From Octopus vulgaris (Eukaryota), in the NCBI GenBank assembly GCA_951406725.2, contig OX597814.1:26660001-26724000 (forward strand): DNA of 64,000 nucleotides, read 5' to 3'. The position numbers and the translations under genes were made by a program. This document shows, one piece after another, positions 13,851 through 26,011 of this stretch. Position 1 is the first letter of the stretch. Every line of letters starts with the position of its first letter. The notes beneath the pieces are model-generated. The model was given only the letters and a program-made list of their open reading frames with translations, ran no database searches and was not told the origin of the DNA.

Positions 13851-14389
13851 TGTTGAAGTACTGGCTTACAGTTAGATGAATGCTGTATCAAAAAACACTA
13901 CACAATAAAGTGAGAAAAACACTTCTTTCTCACAACTTAATTTTAGCAGACATCATCATTTGTCTTAAAACACATATTGTTTCAGGAACTAATTTTGAAG
14001 CAAAACCAACTAGCTCATAATTCAATACCTTAAAGACAAGACTAATATAATTTCCACATCCATATTACAACACATCCTTATTATTTACACACCATACATT
14101 TCATCATTGATAGTTATTACGAAGCAATGCTATGATCAGAGCAAATAAACTTCACATCCAGTTTTCAATCCCTCCTATATGGAATGGCTTCTGTAACAGC
14201 GATATCTTTCCTTGAAAAGATCATCAAAACTATAACTATAGCATGACAGCCTGTCATATTTGCAGAACATTAATTAAATATTCCTAGCAATGTTACATTT
14301 TATGATTTCTTTACAAATTTTTAAAAGCAGTCATTTATATTGATATATATGTGTGTGTTTATATACGTGTGCCTCTGTAAGTATTTTTC

Positions 14390-14722
14390 ATCTTACTCTT
14401 GTTTTGGTCATTAAACTGCAGCTATGCTGGGAAACAGGCTTGAAGAATTTTATTCAAACAAAGCAATTCCTGTAGTTATTTTAAGCCTGATACTTATCCT
14501 ATCAGTCCCTTTGGCCAAAACACAAAGTTACAGGATTGTAAATATGCAAACACCACTTGTCAAGTGGTGATAGGAGACAAACACATAAGCAAAGACACTT
14601 ACATAGATATATGCATATGACAGGCTTCTTTCAGTTTTCAAGTACAAAATCCACTCACAAAGCTACACAATGGAAAACTCAGAACCGTGCAGTTGGGAAG
14701 CAAACTTCTTAGCACACGGCCT
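14390..14722 (-). mobile_element. SINE (family of 50160-50545)
   Basis: aaatccactcacaaagct, gttgggaagcaaacttctta and ggcttctttcagtttt are reverse complements of the 50160 copy. Confidence 0.7.
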
Positions 14723-14737
14723 ATCCATCCATCCACA

Positions 14738-14784
<47 letters not shown>

Positions 14785-15034
14785 ATATATATATATATAT
14801 ATATATAACTTTTTTATGTCCTTAACATGTCCTTGTTACCAAAGACTGTATATATGTAATGTAGCATTTTGTAACAACCAATAATTAACGCAACCAAACT
14901 TCTACATGTTACTTTTGACAATCTTTTTCCAAAGAGTGAAACCGCTAAAATAAATAAATATCTTTTAAAATTGCATTTTCAAACCTTCTTTCGTATATAA
15001 TTCCACTCGTGCGGTACCCTACAACTCCACTTTG

Positions 15035-15066
<32 letters not shown>

Positions 15067-15070
<4 letters not shown>

Positions 15071-15539
15071 AAGTGAGTAGCCACATCAAAGTGGCAGTTG
15101 AATGTTACTACTAGTTTAACCCCAAGCAGATTCTCTGCCAGCTGGTTATTGGTGCAATGCTCTGCACTCTTTATATACAGTATATCACTAGTAGGGGGAG
15201 CGAACCCCCACTACCCTCCAGCAGCTAACAAGATCATAGGACTGACTCAGTTTCAAGCTGTTTGGCTCATCCTCTGCCACAAGCACCTGTGCACTGGAGT
15301 GATAGCTAAGATCCACTTCTGCCAAAGATATATTGCAAACAAAGTGACCATCGGTCACTGATTTGCAACAAACAAAATATCTAGTTATAAAATCTTCAGA
15401 AGCGATAGAGTAGTAACGTGTACAAAACAGTAAAGTGAGTAACCACATTAAAGTGGCAGTTGAATATTACTACTAGTTTAACCCCAGGCAACTTCTCCGC
15501 CAGCTGGTTATTGGTGCAATGCTCTGCACCCTTTATATA
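15067..15539 (-). mobile_element. Small hammerhead-bearing non-autonomous retroelement (retrozyme-like or PLE-derived), 362-bp unit x1.3
   Basis: About 111-bp direct repeats 15067-15177 and 15429-15539 (period 362) enclose a hammerhead; embedded in (TA)n; no coding capacity. Confidence 0.7.
15234..15282 (-). ncRNA. Type I hammerhead ribozyme (decayed core)
   Basis: TTGTGG-CAGAGGA-T-GAGC caaaca GCTT-GAAA-CTG agt CAG-TC-CTATGA. Stems I, II and III all pair; core CUGAnGA reads CAGAGGA. Confidence 0.7.
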
Positions 15540-15646
15540 GATATGTGTATGTGTGTATATATATATGTGTGTATGAGTGTCTGTGTAAAGATACATATAT
15601 AAAAATGTAATATCTTAGAGAGAGGGATCAAGGAATCCATAAATAA

Positions 15647-15687
<41 letters not shown>

Positions 15688-15724
15688 TACAGATATGTAT
15701 ACACACGCATACAAACAAACTTAA

Positions 15725-15755
<31 letters not shown>

Positions 15756-15760
15756 CACAC

Positions 15761-15793
<33 letters not shown>

Positions 15794-16916
15794 TACATGT
15801 GTACATATATACATATATAACACATATGTCTTATCATTATGCAAATAAGCTATGAAAGGCTGAAACCACATTTTATCTAATGAATATTGCGAACAGCACC
15901 TTTAGGTATGGTGTCTTGTTTATTTAATATACATAACATAGACTGACTCTGGAAAATAATTGTGGAGCCTTCTGCAAAGAAGTGTGAACTGAAGGAAAAT
16001 CAATGTCTTTGACACTCAGATGGAAATTGTCCATATTTGTAACCAAAGATGTCTTTGTATTAGAAAACTGGCGTCATTCCAATAAGTCTGTCTATGGAGG
16101 GCATCAGTACAAGCTGCTCAATTCAGTGCCAATAAAACAGAGAATTGAATCTTCTCCACAGAAATTTCTGAACTATATTCTCCAAGGAGTTGAATATTAA
16201 ATTCTCAAAACAGAATACTGTAAAAGAAAGGGAAAAAATATTGTAAATAAAAAATCTAAATGCTTAAAGGTAAAAAATAAATTAGGTATTTGAAAAAATT
16301 ATGTTCGCTACAAATAAGATCAAAATTGCAAAAAATAGGAGAAAAATTAATTTGAATTCATCGGCTAAAATGTATATAAATGGGTCGGGTTTTCTGTTGA
16401 TAACATACCAAAAGTAATTACAAATTATATTTTATTTTGGTGAAGTTTCCAGTAAAAAGAAGTAATTCCAGTATTAATTAATATTCTAAATAATATGATG
16501 AGGGGAGGTGAGATTTTATATGAACCGAAAGATTGCCAACCTTCTTGCAAAAGAATCATTGACTGCTTGGTCTAATATAGAGTAACATTTACTGTGAATA
16601 TTGAAACAGTAAGCAATAAAAAATACAATTAGATTCAGAATTGCTTATCTACCCCAACACAAGCACACATTCACACACACATACACATGTGTCTGAGTAT
16701 GTATGTGTGTGTATATACATATATATATACACACAATAGATTATATATATATATAGGTATTTATGGAGTGTTAAACACCTTTGGTATGCAAATTAGGGAC
16801 TCTGTCATAGAGTAACTGCTGCATTTGTTGAGTATATTAACAGTTTGGCTGCTTGTTTCTCTCGAAACTGTCAGAATGATGTAGACACCTCCTATGAGAA
16901 ATATGTTACATATATT

Positions 16917-16958
<42 letters not shown>

Positions 16959-17195
16959 TCATATACATAATATATATACATATATGTATACGTGTGTGTA
17001 ATATATATATGTGTGTGTATGTGCATGTGTAATATATATACATATATGTATATAATATAGAATATGAGGGGTTTAGTTTCCTGGTGATCTAAATGAATAG
17101 GTATGCTAAGTGCTATAATTAGTCATCTGTTAGGTTCCAAGAACACAACTGAGGCTGGAGCTAGGGACCCATAGTAGGCTTCCAAGTTAGCAGGT

Positions 17196-17276
17196 ATATA
17201 TTAGAAGAAAAAGGACACCAAAATCCAAGATACTTGTCCTGCCTTGATTTTTGCTGTCCTTTTTCCTCTAATATAT
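17196..17276. repeat. Short imperfect palindrome, about 34-bp arms
   Basis: atatattagaagaaaaaggacaccaaaatccaag versus reverse complement of the right arm atatattagaggaaaaaggacagcaaaaatcaag. Confidence 0.8.
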
Positions 17277-17496
17277 GTATATAATGTGTGTGTGTGTGTG
17301 CATATATATATATGTATATATATATATATACACACACACGTTTATATATTCGTTTTGCAAGATTCTTGATGTGAATTCCTGTGTTGAAACAGATATTGTT
17401 ATATTAGGGAGTGGTCATGTTGCCAGTTTAACCGATGAAAACACTTGCACTATATATTTGGTGTTCACTTTATTTACTTTATATTAATTGTATTTC

Positions 17497-17541
17497 GGCC
17501 AGAGTTCTTTCATCACATTCCTGTGACCTCATCAGTGGGCC
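17497..17541 (-). ncRNA. Minimal type I hammerhead ribozyme in the PLE pseudo-LTR
   Basis: GGCCCA-CTGATGA-G-GTCAC aggaat GTGAT-GAAA-GAAC-TC-TGGCC; intact core boxes, very short stem III. Confidence 0.75.
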
Positions 17542-18208
17542 TTTGCCTTCTTCTTTCTTTTTTGTCTCTCCTTACTAACAGTCTGCCATTTTGTATTCCT
17601 GTTGTATGTATCATTATTTGTGCATGCATATATCCCTGTGTGTGTCTATGTTTAGTAAGTGTGTGGGGAAATGTGTATGGTACCTGCATTATTGGTATCT
17701 TCTGCTTATTCACATTCATTTAATTTACTTTTATTTACTTTATTCATTTGTTTTTATCTACTTACGTTTTCATTTCTTCCTTTTTTGTATTAATTTTATT
17801 TTATTTTATTTTATTTTGTTTATGTATATAATTATTTAATTCCATTTATTTATCTGTGTATTGTATTAGTTTCATATTATTATCAGTTTATGAGGATCTT
17901 ATTCTGTCATAGGTTGTTGGGGTGGATGTGTGCTAATGTTCCATTCTAGTTTTCTATTTAGGCCAGTTTTATCTTCTATTATGTGTGTAGATTCGGTAAT
18001 TTGTCTAAGCGTTGTGTCTGTTCTATGTGTGGACGTGAATAAACAGGAGATACTGATTATGCAGGTACAATACACATTCCTACACACACACTTACTAAAC
18101 ATAGACACACACAGGGATATACACATGCACAAATAAAGACACATACAACAGGAATACAAAATGGCAGATCGTTAGTAAGGAGAGACAAAAAAGAAAGAAG
18201 AAAACAAA

Positions 18209-18251
18209 GGACCACTGATGAAGTCACAGAAGTGTGACAAGAATTCTGGCC
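18209..18251 (+). ncRNA. Second, damaged hammerhead copy in the inverted pseudo-LTR
   Basis: GGACCA-CTGATGA-A-GTCAC agaagt GTGAC-AA-GAAT-TC-TGGCC; GAAA box has lost two bases. Confidence 0.6.
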
Positions 18252-18364
18252 AAAATGCAATTAATATAAAATAAAGCTGAAGCAAGTGAAAACCAAATAT
18301 ATAGTGTGTGTGTTTTCATTGGCTAAACTGGCCATCCCCAAATACCACAATATACATATGTATG

Positions 18365-18411
<47 letters not shown>

Positions 18412-18423
18412 TGAGATATACAT

Positions 18424-19513
18424 ATCATCATCATCATCATCATCGTTTAGCGTCAGTTTTCAGTATGGGTACAATAAACACTGAAAATGTGCAGAAAATA
18501 GACTCCATCAACTGCCAGACAGGCAAGCTAGAAGTAGTAGATAGCTTCTGTTATCTAGGGGACCAAGTTAGTAGTGGAAGCAGATATTCTGAGAGCATAG
18601 CTGTGAAAATAAGATTAGGCTGGGTAAAGTTTAGAGAGGTCTTACTCCTGCTGGCAACAAAGGCTTCTCTTTCAGAATGAAAGGGAGATTGTTTGATGCC
18701 TGTGTATGAATAGCTACACTGCATGGTAGTAAGACATGCATAAGCTTGAAAGAAATGAAGCAAGTATGATTCACTAGATGTGCAATGTCAGTGTGCATGT
18801 TCGACAAAATGTATGCATCTTGAGAGAAAAGTTAGGCATAAGGAGCATCAGATGTGGTGTGCAAGGAGACGACTGCACTGATATGGTCATGTGATGCATA
18901 TACACAAGGATAGCTGTGTAAAGAAGTGCCAATCTCTGACTGTGGAGGGAACCTGTGGTAGAGGTAGACCCAGGAAGACATGGAACGAGGTGGTGAAGCA
19001 TAACCTTTCAACTTTAAGCCTCACAGAGGCAATGACAAACGACCAAAACCTTTGGTGATGTGCTGTACTTGAGAAGACCCATCAAGCCAAGTGCACCCAT
19101 GCTGGAGGCACATAAAGAACACATTTCAAGCATTTAGCCTCATGGAGGCAAAATGGCTGAATTCCTTTTGAGCATTGGGCCTCATGGAGGCAACATGGCT
19201 GAATTCCTTTCAAGTGTTGGGCTTCATGGAGGCAATGACTAAGACCTTTGGCATTATGCTGTGCTTGAAAAAAAGACTCATGCAGCCAAGCAAAATTGCA
19301 GTCATGGCAGATACCAGAGTCATGCAAACTGGCACCCATGCCAGTGGCATGTAAAAGCACCCATCTCAGAGGGATTGGCATTAGGAGGAGCATCTAGCTG
19401 TAGAAAACCATGCCAAATCAGACTGGTGCTTGGTGCAGCCTTCCAGCTTGCCAGCCCGGTCAAACCATCCAACCCATGTCAGCATGGACATCAGATGTTA
19501 AATGATGATGATA

Positions 19514-19518
<5 letters not shown>
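18424..19518 (+). mobile_element. 5'-truncated RTE LINE (ORF2 C-terminus and 3' UTR) with an inverted tail fragment at its left end
   Basis: LEVVDSFCYLGDQVSSG..IRLGWVKFRE..KGRLFDAC..GRGRPRKTW; about 42-bp tandem units near 19140-19240; (GAT)n tail. Confidence 0.9.
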
Positions 19519-19550
<32 letters not shown>

Positions 19551-19618
19551 TAAATACATATAAAATATATGTAAGTATATATAATATATATATACTTATG
19601 TATATAAATGTATGTGTG

Positions 19619-19651
<33 letters not shown>

Positions 19652-19671
19652 GTATGTATATATATATATAC

Positions 19672-19703
<32 letters not shown>

Positions 19704-19705
<2 letters not shown>

Positions 19706-19950
19706 CATCATCATCATCATCATCGTCGTTTAGCGTCCGCTTTCCATGCTAGCATGGGTCGGACGGTTCAACTGGGGTCTGGGAAGCCAAAAGGCTGCAC
19801 CAGGCCCAGTTTGATCTTGCAATGTTTCTACGGCTGGATGCCCTTCCTAACGCCAACCACTCCATGAGTGTAGTGGGTGCTTTTTACGTGCCACCGGTAC
19901 AGGTGCCAGATGAGTCTGGCAAACGGCCACGATCGGATGGTGCTTTTTAG

Positions 19951-19955
<5 letters not shown>
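19704..19955 (-). mobile_element. RTE 3' tail fragment
   Basis: (CAT)n-cgtttagcgtccgctttccatgctagcatggg..ggctggatgcccttcctaacgccaacc..gggtgctttttacgtgccacc. Confidence 0.85.
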
Positions 19956-20019
<64 letters not shown>

Positions 20020-20391
20020 CTCATTTTCCTCTAAGGAAATTCTACTTGAAATGCTGGAACTCAATTTTACTCAAGGCACAAACATTTTAATCAATTTTAT
20101 ATATATATATATATTCATGTATTCAGATCTTAAGCTGTAGATGCTGCACTGTTTTTCAATATAAACTTTGTCCATGGCATATAAAGATGTCTACATTAAA
20201 ATATCATGGTTTGTTTCTCCTGAGTTTACTTTCAATTTATATGTATGCATATATATATATATATATATACATACATACATACATACACACACACACATAC
20301 ACATTTGCATACATATGTATATGTACATATATGTATCAACACTTACACAGATAAAAATATGATATACTGACATATATATGTGTATATATAT

Positions 20392-20428
<37 letters not shown>

Positions 20429-21157
20429 AATGTGTGTGTGTGTGTGTAAGCAATTATTTTTATTTTGATTAATGTGATAAATATTTGTTATTACTGTGGG
20501 AAAGCTATTATGAATATTTAAATATAGGCATAGATCTATTTACAGAACTCATTAACAAATGATGCATTAATTAATTTACCATCTATCACATATTTATTTA
20601 CAGATATTCTGTCGTCATTATTAGGGTTATGTTTAATTATTCAAATTCTAAGAGGAATTTTAATTATTTTTAGGAAATGATTGCCGCCAACTGGCTGGAA
20701 CAAGTATTATGCTATATATTATAATATAAACTTGAGCATATGTAATAAAAATGGATATTAGGTATATATAGTACACATAATGGTGAGTAGATAGAGCAAA
20801 AATATATTAGAAGGCCAGACTGAAAGTATATTCTATATCAGGCACGGTTGTTGTTTTTGATGTTGATGTTGTTGGGGGTGACAGCATTGCTGCTTAGTCT
20901 AGATCAGCCTTGATCAATAAAACCTTTGTTTGAAGACCTCACAGATATGAACAACCCGATTTTTTAGCATATTATCAATAACTACATTGTCCAGTGTATC
21001 CTGCCCACAACTTCAAGCAGGTCAACCCTTTGAGTGGTTGCGAAGAGACTTTCTTGTTGCTTCATATCTAATACTATGATCTTTATACCCTGATAATAGT
21101 ATTGGCATACACTTAGTGATCAAGCTGGTTGATTTTTCTCTTTTTCTCCGTATATGA

Positions 21158-21250
<93 letters not shown>

Positions 21251-21969
21251 TTGATATATATCATCATCATCATCGTTCTTGAATATGTTTTAACAATGAT
21301 AAATATACACCTCTGTCTCTATCTCTTTCTCTCTCTATGTATATCTATCTATCTATATATCTATATAGATAGATATATAGATATCTATCTATATCTGTAT
21401 ATCTATCTATCTATATATATATATCATAGCTAGCATCTTTTTAGTAAGTTTCATTTAACTCATATCATAGGTTAAGTGAGATTTGTAGTGGCAGTTTATT
21501 TATGGCTAGATACTCCTCTTAACTCCAACACTCATTTTTTCCATTTAAAATTCTACTGCTCAGTGACAACACATATTTTGTGGCAGATTCTTAACAAATA
21601 TACAATCATATAGATAGTGCAAAAAATGAACACCAGCTGAGTCTTGGTTGAGCTCTCCCTCTTTCTCTTTCTATCATATTTGCTACCAAGTCAAAGAAAG
21701 AAAGTCAGGAGTGTTTATGTTTGATTGTGACTACATAAGCACCTTAAACAATTAATGAAAGTCAGATTTATGCTATAATGTCACACTTATTTGCTCTGTA
21801 TATGATGGACTTACTACAGTTTCTGCTAACCAGTTCCACTAACTCTATTCACAAAGCATTAAGCATTAGTCAGCATAAGGCCATAATATAATACTTTTAC
21901 CATCACACAATAGGAATAAACCCAAACCACATGATTACAAAGTGAACTGCTGCACCACAGAACCGTTTT

Positions 21970-22027
<58 letters not shown>

Positions 22028-23168
22028 GCACATACACGCATGCGCATGCACAAGACCATATATTCAGAGTCAAAGGTTTGTATAATAACAATCTAACCCT
22101 CAAAAACTGTAGGTAGTTGATACCTTTTCATTTATTTCTTGAAGAACCCAGTTTATTCATTGAAGATCAAAAAATCAGGGTGAAATGTAAAAGCAAGCAA
22201 CTAACCAGAAAATATTCCATTCCTATAAAACTAGGCGATTTCTTTTTTTGTTTATGTTGCTGCTGTATATTTTTGCATGCTGGTGTTGGTGAGGTGGAGG
22301 AAGCAGTAACAGTGGCAACATGCTGTCATACAAGAAATGATTAATGTCCATTGAAGAAAACTGAGTCAGAGATTAAACAGAGGGGATATATCTTTCTGGT
22401 GCCAATCACATATGGTTTTCTCTTGGGAAATCAGGTTCCTGTAGCAACTGTAAAATCCTGATTCCATCCCAGCTATTGGTTCTTTCCACTGGTTGCTACT
22501 ATCTATACTGAAAAGCCAAAAAGAAATCTCTCATAAGAAAAAATATTCTTCAGTAAATCTTTTTGCTACTCTAGAAATGAGCAGATAGATATTCTAGCAA
22601 TGGCTGCAGAAGAATTTTCTTGTCATTTGTCTGATAAACCAATATAGCTATTTTCTTATATATAAGCTCTGAAGCATACATACACGTTTGTGTGTCTGTA
22701 TGTGTGTGTGGATATGTGTGTGCATACTTGTGTATATGTCGGTATTGACAACTATACATATCTCACCATAAACATAATCATGATATGAATATATGTGTCT
22801 CTGTGTGTATGTATATAAATGCACATATACTGAAATAATATAGTAAAGTTATCAAATGAAATTTTATAGTGTTTTACTTACTTAGAAGTATGATGTATGT
22901 TGCATATATATGTGTGCATGTTTGTATTTATGTTCACCAACGCATGATACTGAAAGGTTTCAACCAGTATTGACCCAGGTTACGTACAGCATAACAGCAT
23001 ATATATGATTTTTTTTTGTTCGATTTTAGTTGTAGTGCACTTGAGCACAGTATACAACAGTTTCATTATTATTTTATTAGTTAAAATACATATGAATATT
23101 AGTAGAGAAGCAGCAAAGTGGACTTGAGCTATTTATTTTGTTCCCTTTAGAATACATCTGTAGTATTG

Positions 23169-23201
<33 letters not shown>

Positions 23202-23489
23202 TCTATACATGTATATAAGTATATATATATATATATATATATTGCGTAATAAGATAAAAAACCAAGGCTGTATAGATATTAGAGCATTTACTCATGCTAG
23301 CATGGAAAGCAGACATTAAACAACGATGATGAGGATGATGATGATGATAGAAGGTCTTACAGCTGTTTCTAGGATATTTACTAATAATATCCCTTCATTG
23401 GAGACAGTGTGAGAGGATAGTTAAGTCATAGTTAGTTTAGATGTGATACAATATAGAGAGTGAGGTGTATATATATATAAGATTCTTTT

Positions 23490-23932
23490 ATTCTTTTATA
23501 TGTTTCAGTCATTTGATTGTGGCCATACTGAAGTACTACTTTGGAGGGTTTTAGTTGAACAAATTGAGCCCGGGACTTATTTGTTAAGCCTAGTACTTAT
23601 TTTACTGGTCTCTTTTGCTGAACCACTAAGTTATGAGAATGAAACACAACCAATACCAGTTGTCAAGTGGTGTTGGGGGGTGAAAACGCTGACACAAAGA
23701 CACACACACTAAACCACTGAACTCTACATGGTTTTTTCATTCTCTCTCTGTTTATTTCCTCTTATTCCTTTTTGTTGACGAGTGTAGCCTTGAAATATAA
23801 AAGATCTTTTCATTTATCCTGAGCATCAAAACTAATACACTTGCTTGTTGTTCATGCACCTGTCTTCATCTTTTGTTTTCCCATAAATTTCAACTATACA
23901 TACATACATATACACACACATATATATATATA

Positions 23933-23980
<48 letters not shown>

Positions 23981-24140
23981 CATGAGAAGCTTCTTTCAGT
24001 TTCCATCTACCAAATCCACTCACAAAGCTTTATTTAGCCTGAGGCTATAGTAGAAAACACATGCCAAAGGTGCCATGCAGTAGAACTGAACCTGGAACCA
24101 TGTGGCTGGGAAGCAAGCTTCTAACCACATGCACACATGC
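23490..24140 (-). mobile_element. SINE (family of 50160-50545) split by a nested insert (about 23712-23900) and a (TA)n expansion
   Basis: 3' half tgtttcagtcatttgattgtggcc at about 23500; 5' half caaatccactcacaaagct..ctggaaccatgtggctgggaagcaagcttc at about 24010-24125. Confidence 0.75.
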
Positions 24141-25912
24141 AAACATACTAATACATTATTTTGTGTTGGGCCAGAACACTAACACAATGACAGAAAATTC
24201 AAAAAGAGCATTAATACATTGTTTTATTAATCATACATTCTTGAGCATAGCAAAATTATGACTAATCCACTTTCCAAAATATGAATTTTCTAAAGTTTTA
24301 AATATTTTTCAAAAACACATGCCACACATTGCTTTTACCATTTGAGACCAAATCATTTAGTTGAAATTGTGTAGAAAAGTAGACTTAGTCCTTAGTCTAG
24401 TTTATATTTTTCTACATGCAGCAACTTTTCATTTTCCATACAAAGTGAACCAAAATTATTTTTTATTTGATATCCAGTGTACTACAAAGTGAAAAAGTAT
24501 GTAAACTTCTAGATAAGTTTGTAGACATAAAGGTTATTTTCTTTTGGTATTATTATTAATTGTGAATTGGCATAATTATTAGAGCATCAGAAAAATGATT
24601 TCTAGTAACTGTTATAAATCTTTTCATTCTGAGACCAAATGGCATGCTAAATTAACAACTAAGTCTCTATCAAAATTTTGTCATCTCATCTTACATCTCT
24701 TTGGAGGTTTCCAGCTGAGTCCTGATGCAGCCCTCTCTTCTTTTGGCTGTCACATCCTGGATGTTACTCCAGAATATGTGTGGGAAGGTTTAGAGAGCAT
24801 GGTAAAGGCTGATGCCAAGTCATCTTCGATTACAATTATGAGTGACAGTCACAGTTCACACACACTCACATGCACACACACACATTTATGTATGTTTATC
24901 CTTCCCAACCACATAGTTTCAGATCTGACCCCATGGCACAGCATTTTGGACAAGTGCCTTTAACTATATCCCTAAGCTGTGCAAAACCTTGTGAGTGGAT
25001 TTTGTAGAAAACCTGAAAGAAGACTGGCACAGACACACACACACACACACACATAGTTGATGTCATAAGAATTTAGAAACACTGAGAATGTAAGATAAAC
25101 TTTTTTTTTTTTTGAATGGTGAATCTCAAAGTAGACAAACTATCAATAATAGCATGTAAATATTGGTTTGAAAACCCTTGGATAGGAAGAGTCAAAACCT
25201 ACCTGTGGGTCTTAAATTTGCTCTTCCTGTAGAGATGACAACTAATCTGTCATTGGACTAAAGCGATCTTTTGAATTTCTCTATTCATTTTAAGAAACTT
25301 TATTCTTACCAGCAAGAACCAGATGCAGTTGACATCATGAGAATTTAGAAACTTCAAGAACATGAAATTGTTTGTACAAGAGTGCAGCAGTTTGTATTGT
25401 TGTTGGTTTCTCCTGTCAATGGATCATCCATGCACTTCCTGCCTTCAATGCTATGTGGAATAATTGAGCCATCACTTGAAACTAGTAAAGGCTAGTATCA
25501 GAAAGGGTATCCAGCTGTAAACCAATGCCTTGAAAACATATTTGTCCATTCTATTAAAGTATAAAAAATGGACATGAAATGAATGAACAAACATAAAGGG
25601 TATGTCTGTGAAATGCACAAAAATAGTTATAAAACAAAACAATCTATCCATTCCATTTTAATTTAAATATGACACTCTTCATAAACCTTTGCATTTTAGA
25701 CATTTCTGATTCACTCAAATATGTACCATCATTTATCAATACACAGATATATTATTTCAAATTCGACAGCAAAATATATTGTTAATATATATGTGCTTGT
25801 GTTTGTGTGTGCAAGTATGAGTATATTTATATTTTAAATGGACAGTTTATATACTCATATATTTTGCTGTCAAAGGCAAAATAGAACACTTCATGCATAT
25901 ATGTGTATCTAT

Positions 25913-25922
25913 ATTATTATTA

Positions 25923-25989
<67 letters not shown>

Positions 25990-26011
25990 CATTATTATCA
26001 TTATTATTATT
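25913..26011. repeat. (ATT)n microsatellite
   Basis: Direct reading; produces the spurious poly-I/L/Y/N ORFs. Confidence 0.95.

Larger units (their letters stand above)
17341..18347 (-). mobile_element. 5'-truncated Penelope-like element with inverted pseudo-LTRs
   Basis: Inverted repeat 17401-17717 / 18031-18347; spacer encodes (-) TLRQITESTHIIEDKTGLNRKLEWN, like the PLE GIY-YIG C-terminus; hammerhead in each arm. Confidence 0.75.

Noticed and set aside
16798-16878. ctcGAAACtGTCaga hammerhead 3' half
   Set aside because: No recognisable upstream CUGAnGA box in this copy.
24595-24963. 122-aa ORF with moderately complex sequence
   Set aside because: No recognisable motif, and its 3' part runs into a CA repeat and a SINE fragment.
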